Positions 6,642 through 13,716 of a stretch of DNA of 13,716 bases are shown here, one piece after another (within the stretch, counting starts at the first letter, position 1; every line of letters starts with the position of its first letter). The position numbers and the translations under genes are program-made. The notes beneath the pieces were generated by a model. It was not told the DNA's origin. It did not search any database and worked only from the letters and a program-made list of their open reading frames with translations. Source of the stretch: a virus (Duplodnaviria; Heunggongvirae; Uroviricota; Caudoviricetes); IMG/VR virus record IMGVR_UViG_2778261086_000003, positions 1 to 13,716 of that record. One strand, given 5' to 3'.

Positions 6642-7373
6642 ATGCCATACATATGTTCTATCATTTTGGTGTTGAACTCGTTTGATGTCCGAATTGGTAA
6701 AGAAGATATTTTGTTTAAAAAAGGAAGTGCTGTTCTCATTGATTACAATTTAAAAGATTTTTTTTCATCAAATATAGATCATGTAATGATCGTAGATGTT
6801 GAAGAGAAAACAGTTAATGATTTCTTTAAAAGCAACACACTCTCACCTTTTTCTGTAAGAAGGTTTTATCCGGCATACTTGATGGTGGAATGTGAAGATT
6901 TTTCATTGTTAAAGAACTTGATTGCATGCTTGAATTGTGATGGCAGAACTGTGGATTTTGTTAGAAATCAAATATCACTTGCATGTCTTGCTATCTTATC
7001 TTCAGAGAAAATAGTGCAAAGTTTTTTATTTGGATGTCTTAATAGTTTAGGAAGTAAAGTTAAGGCTATTATTCACACGGATATATCTGCAGCATGGAGA
7101 CTTTGTGATATATCTTCAAGACTGTATCTGAGTGAAAGTCTGTTAAAAAGAAAATTAAAGCACGAAGGCTTATCATTTAGTAAGTTAATTCTTGAAGAGC
7201 GAATGGTGATGGCGGAAAGGTTATTAAGCTACAATTTATATTCTGTTGGAAAAGTTGCTGAGATATGCGGTTATGAAAACACGTCATATTTTGTAAGTGT
7301 TTTCAGAAGATATTTTGGTGTTCCTCCCCATCAATATTCATCAAGATTTTTTTTAGAAAAAGACATGATGTAA
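6642..7373 (+). CDS. AraC/XylS-family transcriptional regulator (243 aa)
   Basis: C-terminal AraC-type HTH region (LLKRKLKHEGLSFSKLILEERMVMAERLL...VGKVAEICGYENTSYFVSVFRRYFGVPPHQY). ATG at 6642 with AGGTGG 5 nt upstream; the ORF-track start at 6633 is a GTG extension. Very AT-rich gene and leader. Confidence 0.75.
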   Translation: MPYICSIILVLNSFDVRIGKEDILFKKGSAVLIDYNLKDFFSSNIDHVMIVDVEEKTVNDFFKSNTLSPFSVRRFYPAYLMVECEDFSLLKNLIACLNCDGRTVDFVRNQISLACLAILSSEKIVQSFLFGCLNSLGSKVKAIIHTDISAAWRLCDISSRLYLSESLLKRKLKHEGLSFSKLILEERMVMAERLLSYNLYSVGKVAEICGYENTSYFVSVFRRYFGVPPHQYSSRFFLEKDMM

Positions 7374-7434
7374 CGTGATGCGTTTTAATGATTTTGTAAT
7401 TTTCGTATTTGATAATTGTATGATGCTTTCAGCT

Positions 7435-7466
7435 ACGCCAGAATAATCGCTGGCGTTTTTCTTTTT
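7435..7466 (+). terminator. rho-independent terminator downstream of the AraC gene
   Basis: Stem CGCCAG (7436-7441), loop AATAATCG, stem CTGGCG (7450-7455), then TTTTTCTTTTT. Confidence 0.55.
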
Positions 7467-7561
7467 GAATAGATGTTCAAGCCTTACGCTAATGTAACTT
7501 CTATACCTTTCCTCTTCGTTCCGAACCGTGTACACCATCCGTTATTTGCGGAGGTGAGGCT

Positions 7562-7777
7562 ATGAAATCTATGGATAAGTTAACAACGGGCATTGCCTAC
7601 GGTACCTCCGCAGGCAGTGCTGGCTACTGGTTTTTACAGCTGCTCGATAAAGTCACGCCCTCACAGTGGGCAGCAATAGGTGTATTGGGTAGTCTGGTAT
7701 TTGGCCTGCTGACGTACCTGACAAACCTTTATTTCAAGATTAAAGAAGATAAGCGCAAGGCTGCGAGAGGTGAATAA
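7562..7777 (+). CDS. essD: class II holin (phage 21 S21-like pinholin, 71 aa)
   Basis: [26 protein letters not shown]...; two transmembrane segments; dual-start motif Met1-Lys-Ser-Met4. GGAGGTGAGG ribosome-binding site. Stop overlaps the endolysin ATG (TAATG). Symbol follows DLP12 naming. Confidence 0.85.
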   Translation: MKSMDKLTTGIAYGTSAGSAGYWFLQLLDKVTPSQWAAIGVLGSLVFGLLTYLTNLYFKIKEDKRKAARGE

Positions 7778-8274
7778 TGCCTCCATCATTACGAAAAGCC
7801 GTTGCTGCGGCTATTGGTGGCGGGGCTATTGCTATAGCATCTGTGTTAATCACTGGCCCAAGTGGTAACGATGGTCTGGAAGGCGTCAGCTACATACCAT
7901 ATAAAGATATCGTTGGTGTATGGACTGTATGTTACGGGCATACCGGAAAAGACATTATGCTCGGTAAAACGTATACCGAAGCAGAATGCAAAGCCCTCCT
8001 GAATAAAGACCTTGCCACTGTCGCCAGACAAATTAACCCGTACATCAAAGTCGATATACCGGAAACAACGCGCGGCGCTCTTTACTCGTTCGTTTACAAC
8101 GTTGGTGCTGGAAATTTCAGAACATCGACGCTTCTTCGCAAAATAAACCAGGGCGATATCAAAGGCGCATGTGATCAGCTACGGCGCTGGACATACGCTG
8201 GCGGTAAGCAATGGAAAGGGCTGATGACTCGCCGTGAGATTGAGCGTGAAGTCTGTTTGTGGGGGCAACAATGA
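7777..8274 (+). CDS. rrrD: SAR endolysin (phage 21 R21-like lysozyme, 165 aa)
   Basis: N-terminal Gly/Ala-rich weakly hydrophobic SAR segment ([20 protein letters not shown]), then a T4-lysozyme-like catalytic core. Stop overlaps the next ATG (ATGA). Symbol follows DLP12 naming. Confidence 0.9.
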   Translation: MPPSLRKAVAAAIGGGAIAIASVLITGPSGNDGLEGVSYIPYKDIVGVWTVCYGHTGKDIMLGKTYTEAECKALLNKDLATVARQINPYIKVDIPETTRGALYSFVYNVGAGNFRTSTLLRKINQGDIKGACDQLRRWTYAGGKQWKGLMTRREIEREVCLWGQQ

Positions 8275-8503
8275 GTAGAGTAACCGCGATTATGGTTCGA
8301 AATGGGATGTTATCCGTGAACGTGTGCTCAAGCGTGACAAAGGACTGTGTCAGTTATGTCTGCGTGGTGGTGTGGTGCGTGAGGCGAAAACCGTTGACCA
8401 CATCATCCCTAAAGCACATGGCGGCACTGATGCCGACAGCAATCTGCAGAGCCTGTGCTGGCCGTGTCATAAGGCGAAGACGGCCCGTGAACGGCTGAAG
8501 TAA
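8271..8503 (+). pseudogene. Rz (spanin) start fused to the 3' fragment of an HNH endonuclease gene
   Basis: ATG at 8271 encodes MSRVTAI, identical to the first seven residues of lambda-type Rz, then diverges. A different frame (from ~8279, after an in-frame TAG at 8276-8278, to TAA 8501-8503) encodes SNRDYGSKWDVIRERVLKRDKGLCQLC...DHIIPKAHGGTDADSNLQSLCWPCHKAKTARERLK, an HNH C-terminus with no start codon. Confidence 0.6.
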
Positions 8504-8628
8504 GAACCAGTTCCCACTGCCAGAGGGGAGGGGCGGGTCAAATCCCTGTGACCTGACGTCTTCCGGACTGCCCGCCCCATCGTTTTTTTATACCCGCGAA
8601 AAATGAAATTTAACCAGGAGTGCCGCAT
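8504..8628. other. putative cos / packaging-site region
   Basis: Non-coding, GC-rich, with an imperfect inverted repeat (GGGGCGGG ... CCCGCCCC) and a T-tract, located between the HNH fragment and the small terminase gene, the usual cos position in HK97-like modules. Cleavage site not identifiable by eye. Confidence 0.3.
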
Positions 8629-9123
8629 ATGGCTGGAACGGCGGGGCGTTCCGGGCGTCGCCCCAAGCCAACGGCGCGCAAGGCGCTGGCCGGAAACCCC
8701 GGCAAGCGAGCCCTGAACAAAGATGAACCTGTTTTTACGCCCATCAAAGGTGTTGAGCCACCGGAGTGGTTCGCTGAAGAAGATCTCCCTCTCGCCACGA
8801 TCATGTGGCAACTGACAACCAAAGAACTCTGCGGTCAGGGCCTGCTGTGCGTGACTGACCTCGCGGTGCTTGAGCGGTGGTGCGTGGCCTATGAGTTCTG
8901 GCGACGTGCCGTGAAAAATATTGCCAGACAGGGCAACACCATCACCGGTGCAATGGGCGGCATGGTCAAAAATCCGGAGCTGACCGCCAAAAAAGAACAG
9001 GAGTCCGAGATGAGCAGCACGGGGGCAATGCTCGGACTCGACCCCAGCAGCCGTCAGCGTCTGATTGGCCTGGCGGGGCAGAAGAAAACCACTAACCCGT
9101 TTCTGAAAATCATCGAATCATGA
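8629..9123 (+). CDS. terminase small subunit (P27/HK97 gp1-like, 164 aa)
   Basis: ATG at 8629 with AGGAG 9 nt upstream; the ORF-track start at 8620 is a GTG extension. Basic N-terminus ([27 protein letters not shown]). Stop overlaps the large terminase ATG (ATGA). Confidence 0.8.
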   Translation: MAGTAGRSGRRPKPTARKALAGNPGKRALNKDEPVFTPIKGVEPPEWFAEEDLPLATIMWQLTTKELCGQGLLCVTDLAVLERWCVAYEFWRRAVKNIARQGNTITGAMGGMVKNPELTAKKEQESEMSSTGAMLGLDPSSRQRLIGLAGQKKTTNPFLKIIES

Positions 9124-9938
9124 GCCGGAAATCTTACCCCAACGTAAATGCTGCCAATCAGTATGCCCGGGATGTCGTGCGCGGAAAGATTGTGGCCTGC
9201 CAGTTTGTGATTCAGGCCTGCCAGCGCCATCTTGATGACCTGATGGAGGAAAAAAGTAAGTCGTTTCGTTACCGCTTCGACAAGGACCTGGCTGAACGGG
9301 CCGCGAAATTTATTCAGCTGTTGCCGCACACCAAGGGTGAGTGGGCATTTAAGAGGATGCCCATCACGCTGGAGCCGTGGCAGCTCTTTGTGATCTGCTG
9401 CGCGTTTGGCTGGGTCAATAAAGGCTCCCGGCTGCGCCGCTTCTGTGAGGTGTATACCGAAATCCCCCGTAAGAACGGCAAATCGGCAATCTCTGCCGGT
9501 GTCGCCCTGTATTGTTTTGCCTGTGATAACGAGTTTGGCGCGGAAGTGTATTCCGGTGCCACGACAGAGAAACAGGCGTGGGAAGTCTTTCGCCCGGCGC
9601 GACTGATGTGTAAACGCACACCCATGCTGACGGAAGCGTTCGGGATTGAGGTTAACGCCTCAAACATGAACCGTCCGGAGGATGGCGCGCGGTTTGAACC
9701 GCTGATCGGCAACCCCGGTGATGGTTCATCACCCCACTGTGCGGTGGTGGATGAATATCACGAGCACGCCACCGATGCGCTTTATACCACGATGCTTACC
9801 GGGATGGGGGCGCGACGTCAGCCACTGATGTGGGCCATCACCACCGCCGGGTACAACATTGAGGGGCCGTGCTACGACAAGCGGCGGGAAGTTATCGAGA
9901 TGCTCAACGGTTCGGTATCAAATCGGATGGCACGGTGA
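9120..9938 (+). pseudogene. terminase large subunit, 3'-truncated (N-terminal ATPase domain only, 272 codons)
   Basis: Walker A motif (EIPRKNGKS) and ATPase-domain sequence present. The reading frame stops after ...EMLNGSV, whereas intact large terminases are roughly twice this length. Downstream sequence switches to unrelated glycine-rich coding. Confidence 0.8.
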
Positions 9939-10600
9939 AAACGGCTCTCGAAAACCTTGGTTTGGGAGATGGCTCGGGGCGTTACAGCAAAACTGTCGTT
10001 TTTTCATCGTCGGGTTCATATACGTGGCCAGCTGACGTAAAACGAATTGACGTTATTCTGACTGCGGGGGGCGGCGGTGGCGGTGGATGTAACGCGGAGA
10101 ACGCAAATCAGACATTTTCAGGGGCTGGCGGAGGAGCCGGAGGTACTGTTTTTGCCACTATTTATGCGACAGACAACGATGCCGGGCCAGGGACCTATAC
10201 AGTGACAATTGGCAGCGGTGGTAGTGGTGCCAATGGGCCAGGGTCTGGAAATAATGGCGGTAATAGTTCGTTCATGACATTAACTGCGCTCGGCGGCCAG
10301 GGTGGGCAATGGGGCGGCGCTACAAATACCGCTGGCGGGCGCGGTGGCTCAGGCTCTGGCGGTTATAAAACTGAACAAGGCGGAGACGGTTCAGACGGAC
10401 AGGCGGGCCAGGCGCTATTAGTAGGCAATGGGGCATCGAGCTATTGGGGTGGCGGCGGCCGCGCTGGGCAACTGAGCGGTAATCCTGGAGTTTGCTCTGG
10501 CTCCGGCGGCGGGGGTGCATACGATAATAGCTATTCACACACGTCAGGACGTGGCGGGCACGGAGCTAATGGCGTGCTGGTAATTCGGGAGTTCATGTAA
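9869..10600 (+). CDS. glycine-rich tail-fibre C-terminal fragment (5' end missing; real start unknown)
   Basis: ORF of 243 codons overlapping the truncated terminase. Sequence ...[26 protein letters not shown]... followed by long GGxGG/GSG runs is characteristic of glycine-rich domains of phage tail fibres. Immediately followed by a tail fibre assembly gene. The first ~15 codons are probably terminase DNA read out of frame. Confidence 0.5.
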   Translation: MLRQAAGSYRDAQRFGIKSDGTVKTALENLGLGDGSGRYSKTVVFSSSGSYTWPADVKRIDVILTAGGGGGGGCNAENANQTFSGAGGGAGGTVFATIYATDNDAGPGTYTVTIGSGGSGANGPGSGNNGGNSSFMTLTALGGQGGQWGGATNTAGGRGGSGSGGYKTEQGGDGSDGQAGQALLVGNGASSYWGGGGRAGQLSGNPGVCSGSGGGGAYDNSYSHTSGRGGHGANGVLVIREFM

Positions 10601-11005
10601 ATGAATGATATCTATGCAGTTGTTGATAATAACGTTGTTATTAATGTCATTATCTGGGACGGAATTTCTGAATGGAAACCAGAGGCTGGTAATTTAGTTC
10701 CGTTAAACGGCGATGCTGGCATCGGTTGGTCATATTCAGACGGAGTATTTACCGCGCCACCTCCCCCAGAACGCTCTCACAACGCGTTAGTTGCGGAGGC
10801 TGAGCTGCAGAAATCAGCACTACTGACCGTAGCAAATAACACAATAGCACCGCTGCAGGATGCCGTTGATTTGGAAATGGCGACAGACGATGAACAGGCG
10901 TTAATGCTGGCGTGGAAAAAATACAGGGTACTGCTGAACCGTGTTGATACCTCAGCGGCACCCGAAATAGAGTGGCCTACGCAACCGGGGGAGCGGGCCA
11001 GTTGA
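10601..11005 (+). CDS. tail fibre assembly protein (Tfa, 134 aa)
   Basis: C-terminus ...[48 protein letters not shown] matches the conserved Tfa chaperone C-terminal domain. Start is immediately after the upstream stop (TAAATG). Confidence 0.8.
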   Translation: MNDIYAVVDNNVVINVIIWDGISEWKPEAGNLVPLNGDAGIGWSYSDGVFTAPPPPERSHNALVAEAELQKSALLTVANNTIAPLQDAVDLEMATDDEQALMLAWKKYRVLLNRVDTSAAPEIEWPTQPGERAS

Positions 11006-11129
11006 TATCAGGCGCAGCGTCAGCATCAACTGCTGTCACTGCGTCGATGTAGTCGAGTACCGCATTCAGCCGCGTTTTTTCATCATCAGTCAGTTTGCGG
11101 CCTGCACTTCTCCGTTGACATCTTTGTTA
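10977..11129 (-). pseudogene. decayed fragment of a second, convergent tail fibre assembly gene
   Basis: Minus-strand translation gives ...[38 protein letters not shown], sharing the TDDE...VD..AP.I.WP pattern of Tfa C-termini. No start codon in frame; upstream frames contain stops and a frameshift. Its 3' end overlaps the plus-strand tfa by about 28 bp. Confidence 0.4.
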
Positions 11130-11263
11130 TATGGTACAACTGCGCAGAGGCCTGTCTCTTCAATTGTGCCAGTTGAATACTACGATACAACGCTCGGCCT
11201 TCCTGTTTGGTGGAACATAACCACATCCACATGGAAAAGAGCTGATGGTGTAGATGTATAAAC

Positions 11264-11293
11264 TTAAAAAAGGCGCTTTTTAGCGCCTTTAAA
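11264..11293 (-). terminator. rho-independent terminator after the acyltransferase gene
   Basis: Stem AAAGGCGCT (11269-11277), loop TTTT, stem AGCGCCTTT (11282-11290). Read on the minus strand the hairpin is followed by a U-tract, directly after the acyltransferase stop at 11294-11296. Confidence 0.55.
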
Positions 11294-12415
11294 TTAAGAT
11301 ATTCTTTTAGCTATAGAATGACCTATATTTATAAACGGTTTTTCTATTACGTTATATATCAAGTAAGATAGGCTTATAGAAATTATGAGCGATGATATAT
11401 AAATGGCAAACGATCTATGTTCAGTGCTAATACCAATACTGGAACCGTAAAACTCAATAAACTGTATAACAGGAACATGAATCAGATAAAGTGAATATGA
11501 TATTCCACCAAGAGCAACAAGTGATTTATTGAATGAAATAACTTTATTATTTTCTAGAATAATAACACACAAAACAATCAGAAATGCAATATATGCAGAT
11601 CGCGTCAAACCATGTCCTTCAGACACCCCATTAAGCCAAAAAACAAACATCATTCCTAGAATGAAAACGCATAAACTATTTATAATAGAATTATTCATTC
11701 TTTTATGCCTAAGTAAAGGCATTGTCTCTGATATAATCATCCCTAAAATGAAATCATATACTATAGGATTGCCTATGAATCCTATATGAGAAAACACCCC
11801 TGTTTTTGCAATATTGAATGATTGGGCGTCAATTACTACCGAGTGGTTAAAGTAAAGAGAAATAATTGTACTTACAGCAACTAGAAAACATGATGTGATT
11901 AATACCCTGTATTTTATGCTTAATGACATGGATATTGCGAAAATAAAATAAAAATATATCTCGTACCCAAGTGACCATGAAACAATTAGCGTTCCCCACC
12001 CATAATATGGCGGTAGAGTTGAGACATCTAAAGGGATGAGAAGAAATGATTTTATAATATTATTTATAGAAAAAACACCACCCCATGATACGCCTGTGTA
12101 AATATTGTGGTAAAAAAGAAAAACATAAACGCTTAATACTATTGCGTAAACAGGATAAATTCTAAAAAATCTCTTTACAAGAAATGAGGCGGTATTTCTT
12201 AAAGATGTTTTTGTAAAGTTTTTAGTTGAGTATGATATTATAAATCCGCTTATTATAAAAAACAATTCAACTCCAAATATAGCATTCGCGGTTATCCTGT
12301 CCATGAAAGAACCAGGATCTACTTGCCCGAAAAGACCTCTATTATGACCAATAGCTACAGCAAGAGCTGCAATTCCACGAAGCGCTTCTATTCCGTATAA
12401 TTTATCTGTTTTCAT
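11294..12415 (-). CDS. acyltransferase-3 family integral membrane O-acyltransferase (Oac/OafA-like, ~373 aa)
   Basis: Multi-pass hydrophobic protein with the N-terminal acyltransferase-3 signature (LYGIEALRGIAALAVAIGH). Start placed at ATG 12415; the ORF-track start at 12418 is a TTG. Very AT-rich and adjacent to the integrase, as for O-antigen acetylase genes of Shigella phages. Confidence 0.85.
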   Translation of the reverse strand: MKTDKLYGIEALRGIAALAVAIGHNRGLFGQVDPGSFMDRITANAIFGVELFFIISGFIISYSTKNFTKTSLRNTASFLVKRFFRIYPVYAIVLSVYVFLFYHNIYTGVSWGGVFSINNIIKSFLLIPLDVSTLPPYYGWGTLIVSWSLGYEIYFYFIFAISMSLSIKYRVLITSCFLVAVSTIISLYFNHSVVIDAQSFNIAKTGVFSHIGFIGNPIVYDFILGMIISETMPLLRHKRMNNSIINSLCVFILGMMFVFWLNGVSEGHGLTRSAYIAFLIVLCVIILENNKVISFNKSLVALGGISYSLYLIHVPVIQFIEFYGSSIGISTEHRSFAIYISSLIISISLSYLIYNVIEKPFINIGHSIAKRIS

Positions 12416-12558
12416 CAAGTAATATAGTTAGTAGTTGATAAAATTGTTGCTGGAGTCTACCACCAAGAGCTTGGATGATCGACCAGTTAGCATCTCAAGC
12501 TGTATGCGTGAGACAAAAACGAGACACACAAAGCTTTGCAAGTCTTTGCGCTGTTTAC

Positions 12559-13716
12559 CTATGATACCTTCTCCTCAATCCAATCCGCCCACCACTGCAT
12601 CATTTCTCTGCGCTTATCGAGATACTGAGCATGGTTGTAAATCCCGCGCACAGATCCGCCGTTGGCATGTGCCAGTTGCACTTCAATAGCATCAGCAGGC
12701 CATTCGTGCTCGTTCATAATCGTGCTGAATTCATGCCTGAATCCGTGACCGCTTTCCAGACCTTCATAGCCGATTTGTTTGATCACAAGCAGTACAGCGT
12801 TCTCGCAAATTGGCTTCTTCTTATCGTTGCGCCCGGCAAAAACAAACTCTGATACTGGTTTGGTGATTGAACTTAGCGTAGTGAGAAGTTCAACTACCTG
12901 GTCTGACATAGGAACCACATGAATCTTGCGTCCCTTCATCACACTGGCCTCGATGGTGATAATCCTGTTTTCAAAATCGACGTTCTTCCATTGCATGGAA
13001 CGAAGCTCTTTTGTTCTTAGTGCTGTGTAGCGTAAAACTTTGGTCGCAATGAGAGATACGATACTTCCTGAAAATGTTGCAAGTGCTTTGTTGAATGCCG
13101 GGATCTGGTCGGCAGGTAAAAACGGGAAGTTCTTCTTGCGGTATCCTTTCATGGCGTCTGCAAGGTCAGGTGCCGGGTTATATTTAGCCCTTCCGGTGAC
13201 AATAGCGTAACGAAAAACCTCGCCGCATCTTCTGCGGGCTTTGTTGGCTCGCTCCATTGCACCGCGATCTTCAAATCTTCGGATTACTTCCAGCAGTTGC
13301 ATCGGCTCAATATCCTGAATTTCAAGACCGCCGATGATGGGTAAAATGTCGTCATCAAACATTTTGGCAAGTTCAGTTGCATAGCCTACTGACCAGACTT
13401 GCTTCTTGTGCTCGTACCATTCCTTGTAAATCGCACTAAATGAATTGTTGTTAGACGAAGCCTTTTTCGCCTTTACCGGATCGATGCCAACCGAGATGTC
13501 TTTCCTCGCAGTCCATGCCTTATCCCTTGCTTCCTGCAAAGTCATAAGCGGATATTTTCCGACAGTCAGGATTTTCTCCTTACCGTCAATCTTGTAGCGA
13601 AGCTGCCATACCTTTTTCCCTGATACAGGGACATAAAGGTACAGGCCATTACCATCGAGTAGGCGGTATGGTTTTTCTTTCGGCTTTGCTGCTTCAATCT
13701 GCTTAACGGTGAGCAT
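12559..13716 (-). CDS. tyrosine-type site-specific integrase (P4/CPS-53 IntS-like, 385 aa)
   Basis: Full ORF whose ATG is the last three bases of the window. C-terminal catalytic signature (HGFRHEF ... LAHANGGSVRGIYNHAQY). N-terminus MLTVKQIEAAKPKEKPYRLLDGNGLYLYVPV is typical of tRNA-associated P4-family integrases. Attachment site would lie beyond the window. Confidence 0.9.
   Translation of the reverse strand: MLTVKQIEAAKPKEKPYRLLDGNGLYLYVPVSGKKVWQLRYKIDGKEKILTVGKYPLMTLQEARDKAWTARKDISVGIDPVKAKKASSNNNSFSAIYKEWYEHKKQVWSVGYATELAKMFDDDILPIIGGLEIQDIEPMQLLEVIRRFEDRGAMERANKARRRCGEVFRYAIVTGRAKYNPAPDLADAMKGYRKKNFPFLPADQIPAFNKALATFSGSIVSLIATKVLRYTALRTKELRSMQWKNVDFENRIITIEASVMKGRKIHVVPMSDQVVELLTTLSSITKPVSEFVFAGRNDKKKPICENAVLLVIKQIGYEGLESGHGFRHEFSTIMNEHEWPADAIEVQLAHANGGSVRGIYNHAQYLDKRREMMQWWADWIEEKVS

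Noticed and set aside
7353-7538. Minus-strand 61-aa ORF between the AraC and holin genes
   Set aside because: Overlaps the plus-strand terminator hairpin and the holin ribosome-binding region; no coding signal.
8259-8498. The 79-aa ORF as an intact Rz spanin
   Set aside because: Only the first seven residues match Rz; the rest is HNH DNA read out of frame (Cys/Arg/Val-rich nonsense).
7846-8822. Minus-strand ORFs 7846-8031, 8467-8811 and 8610-8822
   Set aside because: Antisense to the endolysin, the putative cos region and the small terminase gene; shadow ORFs.
9054-9712. ORFs 9054-9329 (-), 9314-9712 (-), 9406-9606 (+) and 9415-9621 (-) inside the large terminase gene
   Set aside because: Antisense or alternative frames of a gene with a clear Walker A ATPase signature.
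9869-10600. Glycine-rich ORF as a collagen-like, PE-PGRS-like or secreted adhesin gene
   Set aside because: It sits immediately upstream of a tail fibre assembly gene and carries a tail-fibre-type motif, so a tail-fibre C-terminal remnant is the simpler reading. Its ATG at 9869 lies inside terminase DNA and is unlikely to be the true start.
10320-10961. Minus-strand ORFs 10320-10538 and 10749-10961
   Set aside because: Antisense to the glycine-rich and tfa genes; GC-rich shadow frames.
11529-11789. Plus-strand 86-aa ORF inside the acyltransferase gene
   Set aside because: Antisense to a long hydrophobic membrane protein gene.
12435-12852. Plus-strand ORFs 12435-12689 and 12631-12852
   Set aside because: Overlap the 3' end of the integrase gene antisense; the first begins in the intergenic region with no ribosome-binding site.
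1-13716. CRISPR arrays, tRNA or rRNA genes, insertion sequences and transposases
   Set aside because: No regularly spaced direct repeats, no cloverleaf-like tRNA candidates in the intergenic regions (checked 4459-4613, 7374-7561, 8504-8628), and no transposase-like ORF or terminal inverted repeats were seen.

Overview
This window reads as a mosaic, heavily degraded lambdoid prophage of the Escherichia/Shigella type (DLP12-like nin/Q/lysis backbone, CPS-53-like integrase end). All calls are from reading the ORF translations and the DNA by eye; no database search or HMM was run, so family names rest on recalled motifs and gene order. Layout: (1) 1-2720, a leftward, translationally coupled early operon (DUF551, HNH nuclease, Ead/Ea22-like, TraR/Orf73-like zinc finger, small proteins). 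(2) 3046-4458, rightward ninE-ybcO-rusA-ylcG-Q, followed by an intrinsic terminator. (3) 4586-7560, an AT-rich cargo island in the Q-to-lysis moron slot carrying a Blc-like lipocalin lipoprotein, a DUF523-DUF1722 (RudS/TudS-like) protein and an AraC-family regulator. This island is my best candidate for the unusual content. (4) 7562-8503, pinholin and SAR endolysin, then an Rz start fused out of frame to an HNH fragment. (5) 8504-9938, putative cos, small terminase and a truncated large terminase. (6) 9869-11130, a glycine-rich tail-fibre C-terminus, a tail fibre assembly gene and a convergent decayed tfa fragment. (7) 11294-13716, an AT-rich acyltransferase-3 gene and a tyrosine integrase that starts at the window edge. 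At least four deletion junctions (immunity/replication, spanin, head/tail genes, alternative tfa) argue that this is a cryptic prophage remnant retaining cargo genes. No tRNA, rRNA, CRISPR array or IS element was seen.
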